From: Chrysomallon squamiferum
Lineage: Eukaryota; Animalia; Mollusca
Length of the DNA stretch: 64,000 nt
Assembly: GCA_012295275.1 (NCBI GenBank)
Contig: CM022665.1
Coordinates: 43,648,001-43,712,000 of the forward strand
Direction: 5' to 3'
Below, one piece after another: positions 1 through 13,790 of this stretch. Every line of letters begins with the position of its first letter. Within the stretch, counting starts at the first letter, position 1. The position numbers and the translations under genes are program-made. The notes beneath the pieces are model-generated. The model was not told the origin of the DNA. It made no database searches and saw only the letters and a program-made list of their open reading frames with translations.

Positions 1-2524
1 GGCACATAGTCTCACCGACATGCACTGAAAGTCTAAAGCAGTTTTAACCCAGTGTTCGTCTGCTGTTTTACATGACGTAACAGCAGACTGTTTAGTATTT
101 GTCCAGACAGGTTGCAAACTGGCCATGGTCACTTTGAGCAGGCCATAAGGATGCAGAAGCAATTAAAAACAATTTCCAGCTCAGCAAAGTTGATTCGCTT
201 CGTTAAACTTTCTTACCTATTGTTGGCGACTGTGACAACATGGTGTAAATTATATATCGACGGTGTAACTCAGCATCGAAACCAGTCTATTCCAGACAGC
301 GTGGAACCAGTGAATTGATCCTTACGAAACGTGACCGAATTTTCTACTCGTCAAATCTGTCACAAGTTTCGTATCAGGAAAAAAAAAAAAAAAGAATTAA
401 AATGTTCAAAATAGGTGTGGACATCATTGAGAATGAGAATAATAATAATAATAATAATAATAATAAAGTGTTAATCGGGAATTTTCGTTTCACGTAACCA
501 ATACAAACAATTTTAAAAATAATTAAATATATATATTTATATATTTTTTTTCTCATGGAGATCTCCACCAGCTTCCTTCATTAACCTTCACTCCCGCCCC
601 AAATAAACGCAACCAGGTTTTTTATTACTACGGTTTTAACACATCTGAAATCCCAGCGATTCTGTTTATCCAATGCTTTAATGTCAGATATTAAAATTAT
701 ATTAAAACAATAACACCACCTTCAATAAAAAGTAAAATAAATAAATATATAAATAAAATAAATAAAATAAAATAATAAAATAAAAAATAAAAATAAAAAT
801 AAAATAAAATAAAATAAAATAAAATAAAACAAATAAATAGTATTAAATTTTACGTATTATGCACATAATAAATTGAACTGTATTTTTATTTTTTTTCTTC
901 TGCCTTCAGAATGTTTTCAGAAGTACGATAATATATTTTACGTATCGAGTTTAAGGTAAGAAGATTTTAAATTCGAAACTGTCCAGATAAAACGTACTAC
1001 AAACCACACACGATGTATTCCAAATAATCAAATCTCTCCTGCAGAGAAACCGCACACTCTTTAAGTGATTATTTGGCAATATACTCTTTGTAATATTTAT
1101 TTATATATTATAATCATTTAAAAAAAAAAATAAAAATAAATAAATAAATAAAATGTTTAACGTTTTATTATTATGCCATTTTATTTTCAGAATAAGCCCA
1201 TGCAGGATAAAAGATATAAAATTTAGTATGAAAACAAATAGTAACTAATGGCTTAGACAGAGAGAGAGAGAGAGGAAAAAAGAAGAAAAAAAAAAAAAAA
1301 AAGAAAATGTAAAAGTAATTTTACCCTTACGGTTTAGGTTTTTTATAATTTCTTTTTCATTCAATTTTTATTATTATTTTTTTTTTTTTATCTTTTTGAA
1401 TTTGGTAATTAAAGTGTAATCCATTACTGATTAATGATTGATTTTTTCTTTTCTCTGATTAATGACTGATTGTTTGTTTGTTTTGTTTTGTTTAAATTTA
1501 TGTATTTCTGTGTTTTGTTATTATGCTTTTCTTCTGACTCAGAAAATACAGATTTATTTTTGTTTAACCGTATCAAAGACGCATGTAATGTATATTCTCA
1601 GACATTTCAGTGAAGAATACATCTGATGGCGATGGCGATGATGATGATGATGATTATGATGATGATGATGATAATGATGATAATGATGATAATGATGATG
1701 ATGATAATTATAATATTTTCTTTAATAATACGAAATACTGCAGAATATTTTCTTTGAAGAATACGAAACAGTATATATATAAAAAAAAAAAAATACAGTT
1801 AGTGGAGCCCCGTGGTCAGAATGGGAAATAACGGAAGGATTTGATATTGAACCTTCAAAACTTTTGATGAAATCGTCTCTTAACATAGTTATTAGTTTTC
1901 GTGATTCATTCACGAAGGAATTTCAAAATGAATGCATTTTAGACAGTACCTCAGAATAGTTTTATATTTCTATAAAAAGGTTGTTGCGTTAGCTACATAA
2001 TTGGGTAACTAAATCAGAAGTATTTTAATATTCTAGCAAATCGCTGGATGATTTAAAAATAAGATCATTGCTTTTTAAACGTTTCTTTCTTTCAATTTAT
2101 CTTTCTAAACGTTTTATTTTTTGGTGTTAATTTACGCTGCGAGATTTATTTTCTGTGTATACTAATATTTATTATTATGATAAATCCATTTTTTTTTTTT
2201 TTTTTTTTTTTTAAATGTATTCGTTTGAACTTGTAATGTTATTGTCTGTTAATAATAAATAGACCTGTATGTATTTAAGGTAAATATTTTACGGGTGTTA
2301 TATGTGTTCTGTCAACATATCTAATGGTCCTGTTTTATTTTCTTCCATTATCAGAGTAATTTGTTATATGTTTTTAAATGTCTGTAAGACTCAGAGCAAA
2401 CAAACGCAAATAAACTAGACTGTCACAATAAAGATTTGACTGTCGCATTAGAAATGAAATGAAATAAGATACGATATATGCCTTCCCATACCAGAAGTAT
2501 GATATTACATTCAAAGTGAAGAAA

Positions 2525-2590
<66 letters not shown>

Positions 2591-4592
2591 TGTTGTTATT
2601 GCTATTGTTATTATTGTCAATATTATTGACTATTATTTATTTATTTCAATAGTTTTATTTTATTAAACTGTTTAATTCTAGATGATCCTTTGATGTATGT
2701 AACGTCTTCTTGATGTATTTAACTTCTAAATATCAAAAGAGGGAGAGGGACATTCCATAAACTTTTTTTTTCAACAACATCAAACTACATCTGTGGTCTA
2801 GATAGGCTTTTCTTGGTCCTCCCATCGATTGTTTTCAGTTTTCATTCTTAAAGCAACTGACAATGATCAAAGAAGATGAAGAACTGTTACGTAACAAAAG
2901 TAATTCTGTTACTTCTCATACACGTCATCAAATGATAAGCACGTGCTTTTTTCATCTTTCGTCAAGGTTAAGCCTTTTTTCGTTCACTTCCTAAATCCCT
3001 GTATAATGAACTTTTAATACATCTGAAATATAAACATTATCTTATTTTAAAGTCTTATTGTTAAAAAAAAAAACAACCCTTCTTACGTCCAAAACCTGCC
3101 CGAAGGCAGATGTATAGGATTGTAAAAGTTATTACACCGGTTCCGGTCACAATAGCTTTAGCAGAACTATCCTCTGTTTCGTGTTTATTGTGGTTTTGTT
3201 TAAAAGAAAAATTTTGCTTAGAAAGAACTCTCCAGTTTAAGTACAGCATCTTGCTTGCAGTCTATCTCCATCAGATATCAGATAACCAGCGGGACAATGC
3301 AACATTACGTAAAGTTTGTTTACCATGGAAACCGAGCCGACCGTCTCATTACTCGGCTGAATGGCCTTCGCGCGGTTACATCCACGGCAAGACCGACCAA
3401 CCGATAATTCCCTGTTACAACAACCTGTCAAGTTATTTTTGCGCGGCTTTTCCTCTTCACCCAATTGTCTACTTCTGACAGACAGCCCATATTCCGTGGC
3501 CAAGTTTCTGTAGCGAAAGCAATTTTGTCTTGTAAATGTCCGAGAATTGTATTGTATCGTTTCCTTTGTTCTTCCGCGAAACAAAAGCTTGGTAATGTTG
3601 CTACACACTGACTGACTGACTGATCAGGCCAGTAACTGACACTTGCAGATCCTTTGTAGAACGCAGTGAAATCTTTAAAACGATACTGTCGGTGTCTTTC
3701 AGAATGAGGAAATAAATGTAGTATAATTCTGAGCTAAATATTGGTAAGTAAAGTCGAAAACTGAGAAATAAAATTCCTTGTTAGAAGCAAGACACGCACA
3801 CACACAAAAAACACACACACAGAATGATAAAGAGACTGAAAAAAAGAAAGTTTGTAACATTTATTCTTATCTTAACACCAAGAAGAAATGAAAATAAAAA
3901 ATCAACGTAAAATATTTATGTAAATATGCATAGTCAAAAGTAAATAACAGTGTCTTTTAAAGATTTTCGGTATCTAAGCCATTTACATTTTACATTTACG
4001 GTATCGGCAAATGTTCGGGGAGTATATAACAACAAACGTATGTTGCTATGGGCACGATGTATTTCACAGATAAGCTGTCTGTAAACTAATTGTTCCACTG
4101 ACTTCATAACAGTCCGCCCGGCATTCAAAGACTGACCATCGTCCAGATCCTACGATATAAACAATACTCGACTATGCAACGAGAGGGATATTAACCCACG
4201 ACTGTGAAAATAGCCCGGGGTAGGGGCTGGCTGGATACCTACCCCCCTCCCCCGTCTGTAGTCTCTCCTTATCTTCTCATCAAAGACACAATTGGTAAGC
4301 AGGACACGGACGCATCTTTAAGCTGAAGTGTGTGTGTTTATAAGAAACGGCACTCGCGGTTAATGAGTGTTTGTTGGTACTGAAAGGTTACGAGATAACA
4401 TCGTATGATCGTCTCCCTGCTGTCTCAGCGCAGAGAGACACGCTGAAGGCTTTTTGTGTCCGTTTGAAATGCTTAATGACAATATAACTGCTTGGCCTTG
4501 ATGCGTAATTTGTAGATCAATAGGTTCTCAGGAACCACTGGAGTTTTTTTTTTGGTTTTGATTTCAAGTATCTGTGAATAAATTGTGTTGTT

Positions 4593-4673
<81 letters not shown>

Positions 4674-5932
4674 TCCCTCTACCTCTGTATATGTCTAACT
4701 TCGAAGTGTATTAGTTTAAATGTGTGTATGTAGTGTTTGTTCATGTGCGCATTTAAATAATGTATGTATGAATGTATGTATGTATGTACCTTTGTATTTA
4801 TGTATGTTTTTGTATGTTTGTATGTTTGTATGTTATCACTTAAGTTTGGAAATGACGTAAGTATGTGTAAATGACATAAGTATGTGTATGTATGTATGTT
4901 TGTATATGATTAAATATGGCCATACGTGTATGATACTATGTGGGCATATGTGTTAAAGTATACATGTTCATACATTACATCCACGAATTTCTTCTGATTT
5001 TAGGAAACGTCATTGAACACCTTTTAATCAACTTACCAATACCATTCAACCTGTTGCATCCAAAATATTTGCTCTTCAAATTTAGACAAAAGAAAAAAAA
5101 ACCCCAACAGAACTGTACAATACTGAAGTCTCTTTTTTCTTTTCTTTTCTTTTTTTTTCTTTTCTTTGTAAACACGTTCCTGGTGAGCAAGCCGGTATAA
5201 CTGGGAAATGTGCGGATTTGGACACATTATAAAACGTGTCCCTAGCAGCCCGAGAGACACTTTGCGACTGCTTGCCACCGTCATGGCAACATGACGTGTC
5301 TAATATTGTAGGTGCTATATTTGCTGGGCAAATTTGAACGGTCGTATTTCAGCTGTGAGCGAGTGTTTGGAGAAACTGCTGTGGCATACGTCTGAAATTA
5401 AGACTTGTGGTTTTTCCGTTGTTTGCTGCTTGTGAATTACCTTTTGCGTTTGGGATGTGTTTGTGATTGGTAAATGTGATTTATATTTGAAAGTTTTGGA
5501 CCTGTTTATTTTTTGATGCGTGCAGTTTGATTGGAATAATGATCAGAAATCCATCGTTTCTTCGTCTCTGAACAAAATAAATGAATGTCATTTCTGCTGA
5601 TTTTGTTAACCAACCGTGTTAGAAGCTGAAAAACTACTTAAATAAAAACAAACAAGCAAAAAAAAAAAAAAAAAGAAAAGGAGAAAATAAATAAAATTAA
5701 AAAATAAATAATAATAATTAAAAAAACAAATACTTGTAAACTCAAAGATTATTTATTGTTGAAGGTTTAAGAAAGAAAAAGCTAAATATGTAGTTCATAA
5801 CTAACACCATTCAGACAGAATTAACATGAGAAAAAAGACGTAATGTGTATGTGAACATATGTATGTATGTATCTATCTGTCTGTCTGTCTATATATCTAT
5901 ATCTCTGTCTGTGTATATATATATATATATTC

Positions 5933-6004
<72 letters not shown>

Positions 6005-6942
6005 GAAAAATAAGACAAATGTTTTTTTCTTACAAAAGATAAATCTCTTTATCACATTTTTAGTTTACAGTGCTTGTCACACTTCTGAGCTAAAACCCTA
6101 AACTGTGTGGACCAGGTCCGCGACACTGGAGTTATCTGTTACTCAACACGGGACGTGAATCACGGATGTAGCAGTGTGTGCACCAAAACGCTTATGCAAA
6201 CGCACACAAGAACGCAATTAGACAACTTTTAACGAGTCTCGGCGCGGCCACCCCTCGTTTCCTGTCGTCTTAACTTAAGCAAGTTCATCTATGCAAAGAA
6301 GACCGTCATCTGATTCGTCAAGCTTTGACGCGCATTTCTATCTCAAACAGCTCGGTTTCGGGGAGAATGCTCGGTCGGTCACGCACCATCGCGGTTCCTC
6401 ATTCAGCGTGTGAGCAGAGGATTTCACTTGCTGCAGTCAGGGATTTGCTTGCTTCCTGTCTTGCAGTCGGCATCTCCTCCGATATGGCTTGTTTCGAACA
6501 TTCCTCCGTCTCCGCTGGAGCATTCGGGTAATGGAGAGAGAGAGAGGCTCACTGGCTGTGACGTAATCGTTGATGACGTTTTAAACAAAGGCGTTGTGGG
6601 CCGGACGCGCGAACTGGCGGAGCGTAAGAAACCTGCCAACACCTGAACGGCTGCCGGACTTTGTTCATAATACTGTACACAGACACACAGTCAGACAGTC
6701 AGACAGATAGATAGACAGACATATTACAGAGAATGAAAAAAAAAAAAAGAAAGACAGGAATATGCCATGCGCATGTATTTATGTATACAAACAAATATGA
6801 ATACAAATGCACACACACACACGCCATACATACATAAATAAACCGGCACAAACGTATACAAATACACAAACAACACACATTGTATATAAATATATACGTA
6901 GATACATACACTGTAGATAAATAAATACATATATAAACACAC

Positions 6943-7014
<72 letters not shown>

Positions 7015-7438
7015 AATATATATATATATATACACACACATAAATATATATATATATATATATATATACATACACGCACACACACATATACACATAAATA
7101 CCTACTTAACTGCATATACACGAATACCATTCATATAGAGGCACACACGTGCATACTAATACGTACACAGACGTACATAAGTACAGATATATTACGATAA
7201 CTATTGAATATACATCCTATATTCGCTGAACCTTTTGTTAGATCTAGCAAAATCGTTATTGTTAAAAGGATATCGACAAAAAGAAAATTTTACGAATTCT
7301 CAGTGATCATTGATGCATTATCTAACGTGTATTCTGTATAACATATTTTTAAACTGAGCTTAAAAATAATGACATATTAATTAATCCAATCCATCTGAAT
7401 TAATGTACCGTATTGTTCGAAATATATTTGATTTCTAC

Positions 7439-8360
7439 GGTGTAACTTTGTTAGTGATCCCTGCTGAGAAAATAACCCATGTTATTAAAAGGTAATGTAT
7501 ATTAACTTATTTCTGCGTATCTGTTTCATGTAAAACTATATCAGTTCGAAGAATTCCTAATTTGTACGGTGTATCATATTTTTGACCCCTGTATAAAAAT
7601 AACCCGATTTACATCAGAATGTTGCGTGTTTGTTTACGATGCGTATCGATTCATAATGTTCCTGATTTGTTCGGTGAAGCGTACTTTTGACCACCGAATA
7701 CAAATAAACCAGTTTCATCATACCGGTGTATCTTATTTTTGACCCCCTGTATAAAAATAACCCGCTTACATCAGAATGTTGCGTGTTTATTTACAGTACT
7801 TAACAATTCATAATGTTCCTGATTTGTTTAGTGGAGTGGGTTTTTTACAGAATCACAGAATAAAAATAACCCAGTTACGTCATACTATTGTTTGTTTATT
7901 TGCAATACGTATCAATTCATGATATTTCGAAATCTGTAAGGTGTAAGTGAATATTTGACTCTTACTTAAATAACCCATTTATATCCCAACGTATCTATAA
8001 TCATGTAATATTGTAGCAATTCGTGCTTTTCATAATTTGAACGGTGTAACATATTTTTGACCCCTGCATAAATTAACCCAGTTATAATTATTTTTCTCAC
8101 AGTTGTTAAAGTGTTATTCGCGTCAACACTTGCAGTTCATAACTACAACGGTGCAGCGTATTTTTAAACCCCTGAATAAATTAACCCATTTATAATCATT
8201 CCACTCAGAATTGTTAGAATTTTTATTCACGACAACACTTGCAGTTCATAATTAGTTCGGTGCAGAGTATTTTTTAACACCGGTATAAATTAACCCAGTT
8301 ATAATTACTGCGCTCACAAGTGTTGTTTTTTTTTCTTCTTTCTCGACAACACTTGCAGTT
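7439..8360. repeat. Degenerate tandem repeat, ~105-110 bp unit, ~9 copies
   Basis: Recurring core ggtgta..tatttttgacccctg.ataaa.taaccc.gtt, with taaccc near 7473, 7600, 7758, 7867, 7971, 8073, 8182 and 8291. The last units share caacacttgcagtt. Confidence 0.75.
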
Positions 8361-9290
8361 TGGCGCTTGGTTCTCTGGCTCGATCTGATACTGATCTAAA
8401 TATAGCCACTCATTAAAGCAATTACAATGATCGTCTAGAATTACATCTATATATGTAGATATTGTTATAGTGTTCTCGGTTATTGTCCTGGAGGTCTTTT
8501 TATCGAAGCCAGCTGGTGCACTTTGAACAACAAACAATCTTAATAATTATTAAGAACTGAAGATTACCAAACAAAAAAAGCACTCATGTTGCCACGCACA
8601 AAACTGTAACAAACAACGTACTCACTAATTACGGTTATTTATTTTTTATTTATTTATTTATTAGTTTTTTTTAAATCCAAGTTTTTGGAGTTTTTAAATT
8701 TTTATTTATTTATTTATTTTAAATTTGATTTTACGTTTATTAATCTACCTGTACACTTTTGTTTGTTTAATCTGTCGTTACACCATTATTAAAATTATCA
8801 TTTCTAATATATATATTCAGGACAAGAGACACAATATAAAGAGAAAAACACAGAGACAGACACTCGTACATAATTGATTTCTTCTCTCTTTGAAACATAA
8901 ACATTGAATAATTTATACTGTTATGTTTTGGGGCACAAATACGACGACAACGACCATAACGACCAGCATTGCTTTTGTACAACTATTACCACCACCACCA
9001 TCATTAGCAAAGCACCTATTTACTACTATTTCTTCTTTGAACTACTGCTCTGGTACCAAACCATTTAGTATTAATAATAAATTATTATTATGGAATATTA
9101 ATAATAATAATGAGGAGGAGGAGGAGGATGACGATGATAACATCATCATCAACAGCAACAATAATAATAATAAAACTTCTTTGTTTTGTTACAAAAAGGT
9201 TTTGTCACGCTTCATTATTAGCAAAGGTTGAAATCTGGTCAAATATTAGAATGTAAGGTGCACTGGAATCTGGTCCACATGTTACAGATT

Positions 9291-9488
9291 GTACGTTATT
9301 TCACGTTACAAACAAGTACGTTATTTCACGTTACAAACAAGTACGTTATTTCACGTTACGAACACGGACGTTATTTCACGTTAAAAACATGTACGTCATT
9401 TCACGTTACGAACGCGTACGTTACTTCACGTTACAAGCATCTACGTTATTCCACGTTACAAACACGTACGTTAGTTCACATTACATTC
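9291..9488. repeat. 25-bp minisatellite, 8 copies
   Basis: Unit gtacgttatttcacgttacaaacaa starts at 9291, 9316, 9341 and onward, diverging toward the right. Confidence 0.9.
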
Positions 9489-9900
9489 TAATAACAAGAT
9501 GACATTTTATAAATGGCTAGTTAAACAAAGTGCCAAGGTCTTGCTATGTAAACCTGTCTTTTATTTCGAATGTCGAAAAATAAAATCTGTCTTAAATTGG
9601 AAACAAATGTCGCCTGTTTTTACCAATTGTGTAAGGCACAAATAGGAAACGTCTCGACCAACGTACGTAATTGGAGAGGCTGGAAACAAAAAGGTCAGTG
9701 TAAGTAATTGTCAGGTTCGGACGACAGTTGAAAAGGTCATTTCTGTATCAGGTAAAGTTTGATATGTTCATGGTGACATTCTGTGGAAAAAAAAAAAAAA
9801 AAAAAAAAAAAAGAAGAAGAAGAAGAAGAAAAAGAAGAAGAAGAAGAAGAAGAAAAGAAAGAAAGAAGAAAAGCAAGACATGAACAAATCCAGTAATTTA

Positions 9901-9950
<50 letters not shown>

Positions 9951-10025
9951 CTGTATATGTATTTAAAAAGGACAAGCATACAGGTATATTAAACATAATT
10001 ATATGCTGTTATTTCTTTAGATTTG

Positions 10026-10063
<38 letters not shown>

Positions 10064-12364
10064 AAATATAGAAAGTTTTGTTTAAAAAACAAAACCAAGA
10101 AACGTCATTTCTCTAGTGTGAAACTTACGTTACATTAATATAATCACACAAACAAATACACAAATTTTAATAACGTAAAACGTACTTAGTGAAAAACATA
10201 ATTTTTCACTTACACATACATAACCACATTGTCTGGCTTACATTAAACACGAGTTAAAGTGGATCATACAAACACACATATATGCCAAACACACACACAC
10301 ACACACAAACACACACCCACACACACATTCAAACTACGGATACAAATAACGCATAAAAACAACATTCATGTCCCAACAGAAACATATGAACACACACGGA
10401 AATTTGGCAAAATTTCCCCTAACCGTACACCTATGTCTACCTCTTTTTTTTTTTTTCTATCGTTATATTTTTTTCCTACAGTTGTATGTACGTCTTTTTA
10501 ATATATTTACTTCCTTAATAAAGTAGAAACACATGTCAAAAAATGAACCCATTGTTGCCCGTTGCATGTCCTCCGATTTTGGCTGGATTCCGAGATATAA
10601 ACGGGACAAGAATAGAAACCTAATTGTTAAGGGACAAGAGATCCTGTCAGAGGTAAGTACAAGGATTATTTGTTGATGATCACACACAACTACAAAGTTT
10701 CGTGTCACGACAAAGGACGTGCTTATTAGATATCTGCGAGATATTAAAATATATATATATATATATATATATGTACTATTATTGTTGTTGTTGTTGTATT
10801 ATTAATTTTTAATTATTATTATTATTTTTTTTTTTAATTATTATTATTATCATTATCGTAATTTGTTATGTTCATCTTCATTATTATTATTATCATTACT
10901 ATTATTATAAATTTTGTTATTATCGTTACTATTATTATTATTATTGTTGTTGTTGTTGTTGTTGTTGTTATTGTTGTTGTCGTAATCTGTTAAAACTATC
11001 TTAAATCTCGGACTGGGAAATACGTTTTCTATTCTATTCAGTTCTGTTGTGTTTTTAAAATGTGTTCCAAAGTAACTGCAGATTCAGTCATGCCTGTCCT
11101 AGATTCAGTAATGCCTCAGAATTAAGTTAATGTGAATTTATTTTTATTTATTTATTTGTTTGTTTGTTTGTTTGTTTGTTTGTTAGTTATTTATATAGTT
11201 GCTTCGTTACTTAATTAGTACGTTTGTTTATTTGTTACATATCCGTACACATACATTCTTTCATTAAGATATAGTGTGTGCGTATATACATACACGCACA
11301 CATACATACACACCTACATACAGAGATATATGAATGCATAATACATACATACATACATACATACATACATACATACATACATACATACATACATACATAC
11401 ATACACACCTACATACAGAGATATATTCATACATAATACATACATATATAAATAGATTCATTTAACCATAACACATACATGTATATATTTTTTTTGTTCT
11501 TATCTTAGAAAAAGCCAGTGTGGAGAACAGTACTAAGACAAACGGAAATTATATACACAAAATAATAGTTAGACTTATTTTATACCACGACCGCCACTTT
11601 AAAAAAACGTTACGTCTAGAAAAACAGAACATTGTTAGTTACAGTCGATTTGTGTGACGACATTTCAACAGTCATTGACCACGTGTATTTTATTACGTAT
11701 TTTGAATTTGTTACGCGACTTGACGACTGTTCCACAATGTATTCTTTTGTTACACATGATACAAGGGGTCGCGACCCTGGAATTAAAACTGATACAGCAC
11801 CCGACGTCACGGGGTCACTTTTTAACCCTTTTGTTCCCCGATCGTCAAAATCGACTACAGAAAAAAAAAAAAAAAAAAAAAGACTAATGGTGTTTTGTTT
11901 TATTATTGTTTTAAAAAAATAATAAAAAATAAAAAATGGACGATCTGAATTACAAGAAGCATTGAAAAGCGATGAACCAGCGATGGTCCAAATTGTCACT
12001 GTTGACAAGAGTTGGAAGTCGTGTTCAATGAGTTGTTGTCGGATATCACATACGCCAGATTAAAATACGAACTTGAATGTCGCAAGAATGATGTAGCTTT
12101 TCTTTTGTGTGTGTGTCTGTCCTTCGGTTTTATTGGTGTTTGTTTTTTGTTTGATTTTAACATACACTATTTTCTCATTTTTTTTCTCTGTCCTTTTTCT
12201 CTGTCTTCCAAATTCTTTGCATTTCATTTTTTCGTTTCTTTCTTTCTTTCGTTGTATTAGTACAACTACTGCTTCTACTGCTGCCACTACTACTACTTCT
12301 GCTGCTACTGCTACCACTACCGCTGTTATTAATTTTGATGTTCTTTTGTTAATATAACCTACCA

Positions 12365-12480
12365 AATCGGGTCTATTACTTCATACGCTGAATCAGTCAA
12401 AAGATGTCTTGCATACGTTCTGTGCATGGGAAGGCGTATATAAAGGCTTGCTTGTTGCTAACTGGAAAGTGAACCAAACT
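12365..12480 (+). mobile_element. Possible degraded SINE core fragment
   Basis: gcgtatataaaggcttgcttgttgctaactggaaag aligns loosely with the core of the SINE at 39628-39658 (minus: gcatatgtaaaagatatgttgctgctgattgaaaat). Confidence 0.3.
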
Positions 12481-13507
12481 ATTCAGTTCTGATTTCCTTA
12501 CAAATATGAACATTTAATGGTTACATAAAAACTGTAGTGGTCGTAATTGTTATAGTAGTCGTAGTTGTATGTTTATGTATGTATGCATGTACGTACGTTT
12601 ACGAATGTATGTACCTGATTAATAATAACCATTAATTTTTAAAATAAACACTGAAATATCAAATATATTCATATTTTTCACCTTTCTTTCTTCTTCTCCT
12701 TCTTTTCTTTTTTTTTTTTTTTCTTTCTTTCTATTCTAAACTTCTTTTTTTTTTTTTTAAAAATTTGTATCTCTTCAGAACCAATTTATAACAATAACTG
12801 GGTCACCGGAGCTTGGAGAAAAGAATAGCCTTTTATAGCGTTTTAATGCATAAATATTACGCTTGATCTTTGACCAGGTCGCGAACCGTATTACCCCAGC
12901 ACGAAAAAGAAGGCATTGTCTCTCAGGGGTGACTTTCTGTTAGAACTACGTGATTTATAATGACCAGGTGAAACCAGAAACATTCTGTAGTTAACCAACT
13001 CCGCTCGAAAATTCTCGTTTTACCAGCACTGGGACCATTAAGTGAAATGGATACAGAGATATTAAAACTGGATTGTAGCAATAAAACAACAACAACGAAA
13101 CAAAACAACGGTTTAGGTTATGTTTGGAACATTTAATTAAAAAAAAAAAATGACACTCAATTTCCGTTAGGGATGATCAGCGCTCGCGCGCACGCGCACG
13201 CGCACACACGCACGCACACGCACAAACAGACACACAATGAAACATACTCTCGCAGACACAGACAAATACTCGCGGATAGACACTCGCATACGGACACGCA
13301 CACACACGCACGCTCACAGTGAAACATACTCTCGCTTACACAAATACTAGCAGATGGAGAAAGAGATAGAGCTAGAAATAGATAGATACACATACATACA
13401 TACACATATCTTTTCTCATGTTAATTCTGTCTCTATGATCTAAGTTATGAACTACGTATTTAGCTTTTTCTTTCTTAAACCGGCAACAAAAAGTAATCCT
13501 TGAGTTT

Positions 13508-13570
13508 AGAAAATGCTGATACGTTCAAAGAAACTCAAACAAAGTTTTTTTGAATGTATCAGCATTTTCT
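13508..13570 (+). other. 28-bp-stem hairpin (inverted repeat) with 7-nt loop
   Basis: agaaaatgctgatacgttcaaagaaact (13508-13535) pairs with agtttttttgaatgtatcagcattttct (13543-13570): 26 Watson-Crick pairs and 2 G-T pairs, loop caaacaa. Confidence 0.9.
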
Positions 13571-13790
13571 TATTAACACTCTGAAGGGGACAAGTAAAGA
13601 ATAAATTGAAGACGAAGAACAGGAAGAAGAAGAAGAAAGAAAGAAAGGAAAAAAGGAGAAGGAGAAAAAAAAGAAAGAAGAAGAAGAGGGAGAAGAAATA
13701 AGAAGAAATAAAAAGAAGAAAAAAGAAAGAATAAAGAAGAAAAAGATACATGAAGACGCACCACACAAAAACACACACACGCACAAGACA
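13549..13790 (+). repeat. Dispersed repeat copy A: unique head followed by a GAA-rich polypurine tract
   Basis: tttgaatgtatcagcattttctta..actctgaa..aagtaaa followed by a GAA tract; matches 18938 onward. Confidence 0.65.

Noticed and set aside
3061-3608. Overlapping 122-123 aa ORFs in non-repetitive sequence
   Set aside because: No recognisable motif or exon structure; overlapping opposite-strand ORFs of this size are expected in locally GC-richer DNA.
6325-6646. GC-rich island with three short ORFs
   Set aside because: No homology I can recognise and no convincing splice-site pair. More likely regulatory or TE-derived, though a small exon cannot be fully excluded without RNA-seq.
7473-8296. 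TAACCC hexamers as interstitial telomeric sequence
   Set aside because: Only single hexamers per ~105-bp unit, not tandem (TTAGGG)n.
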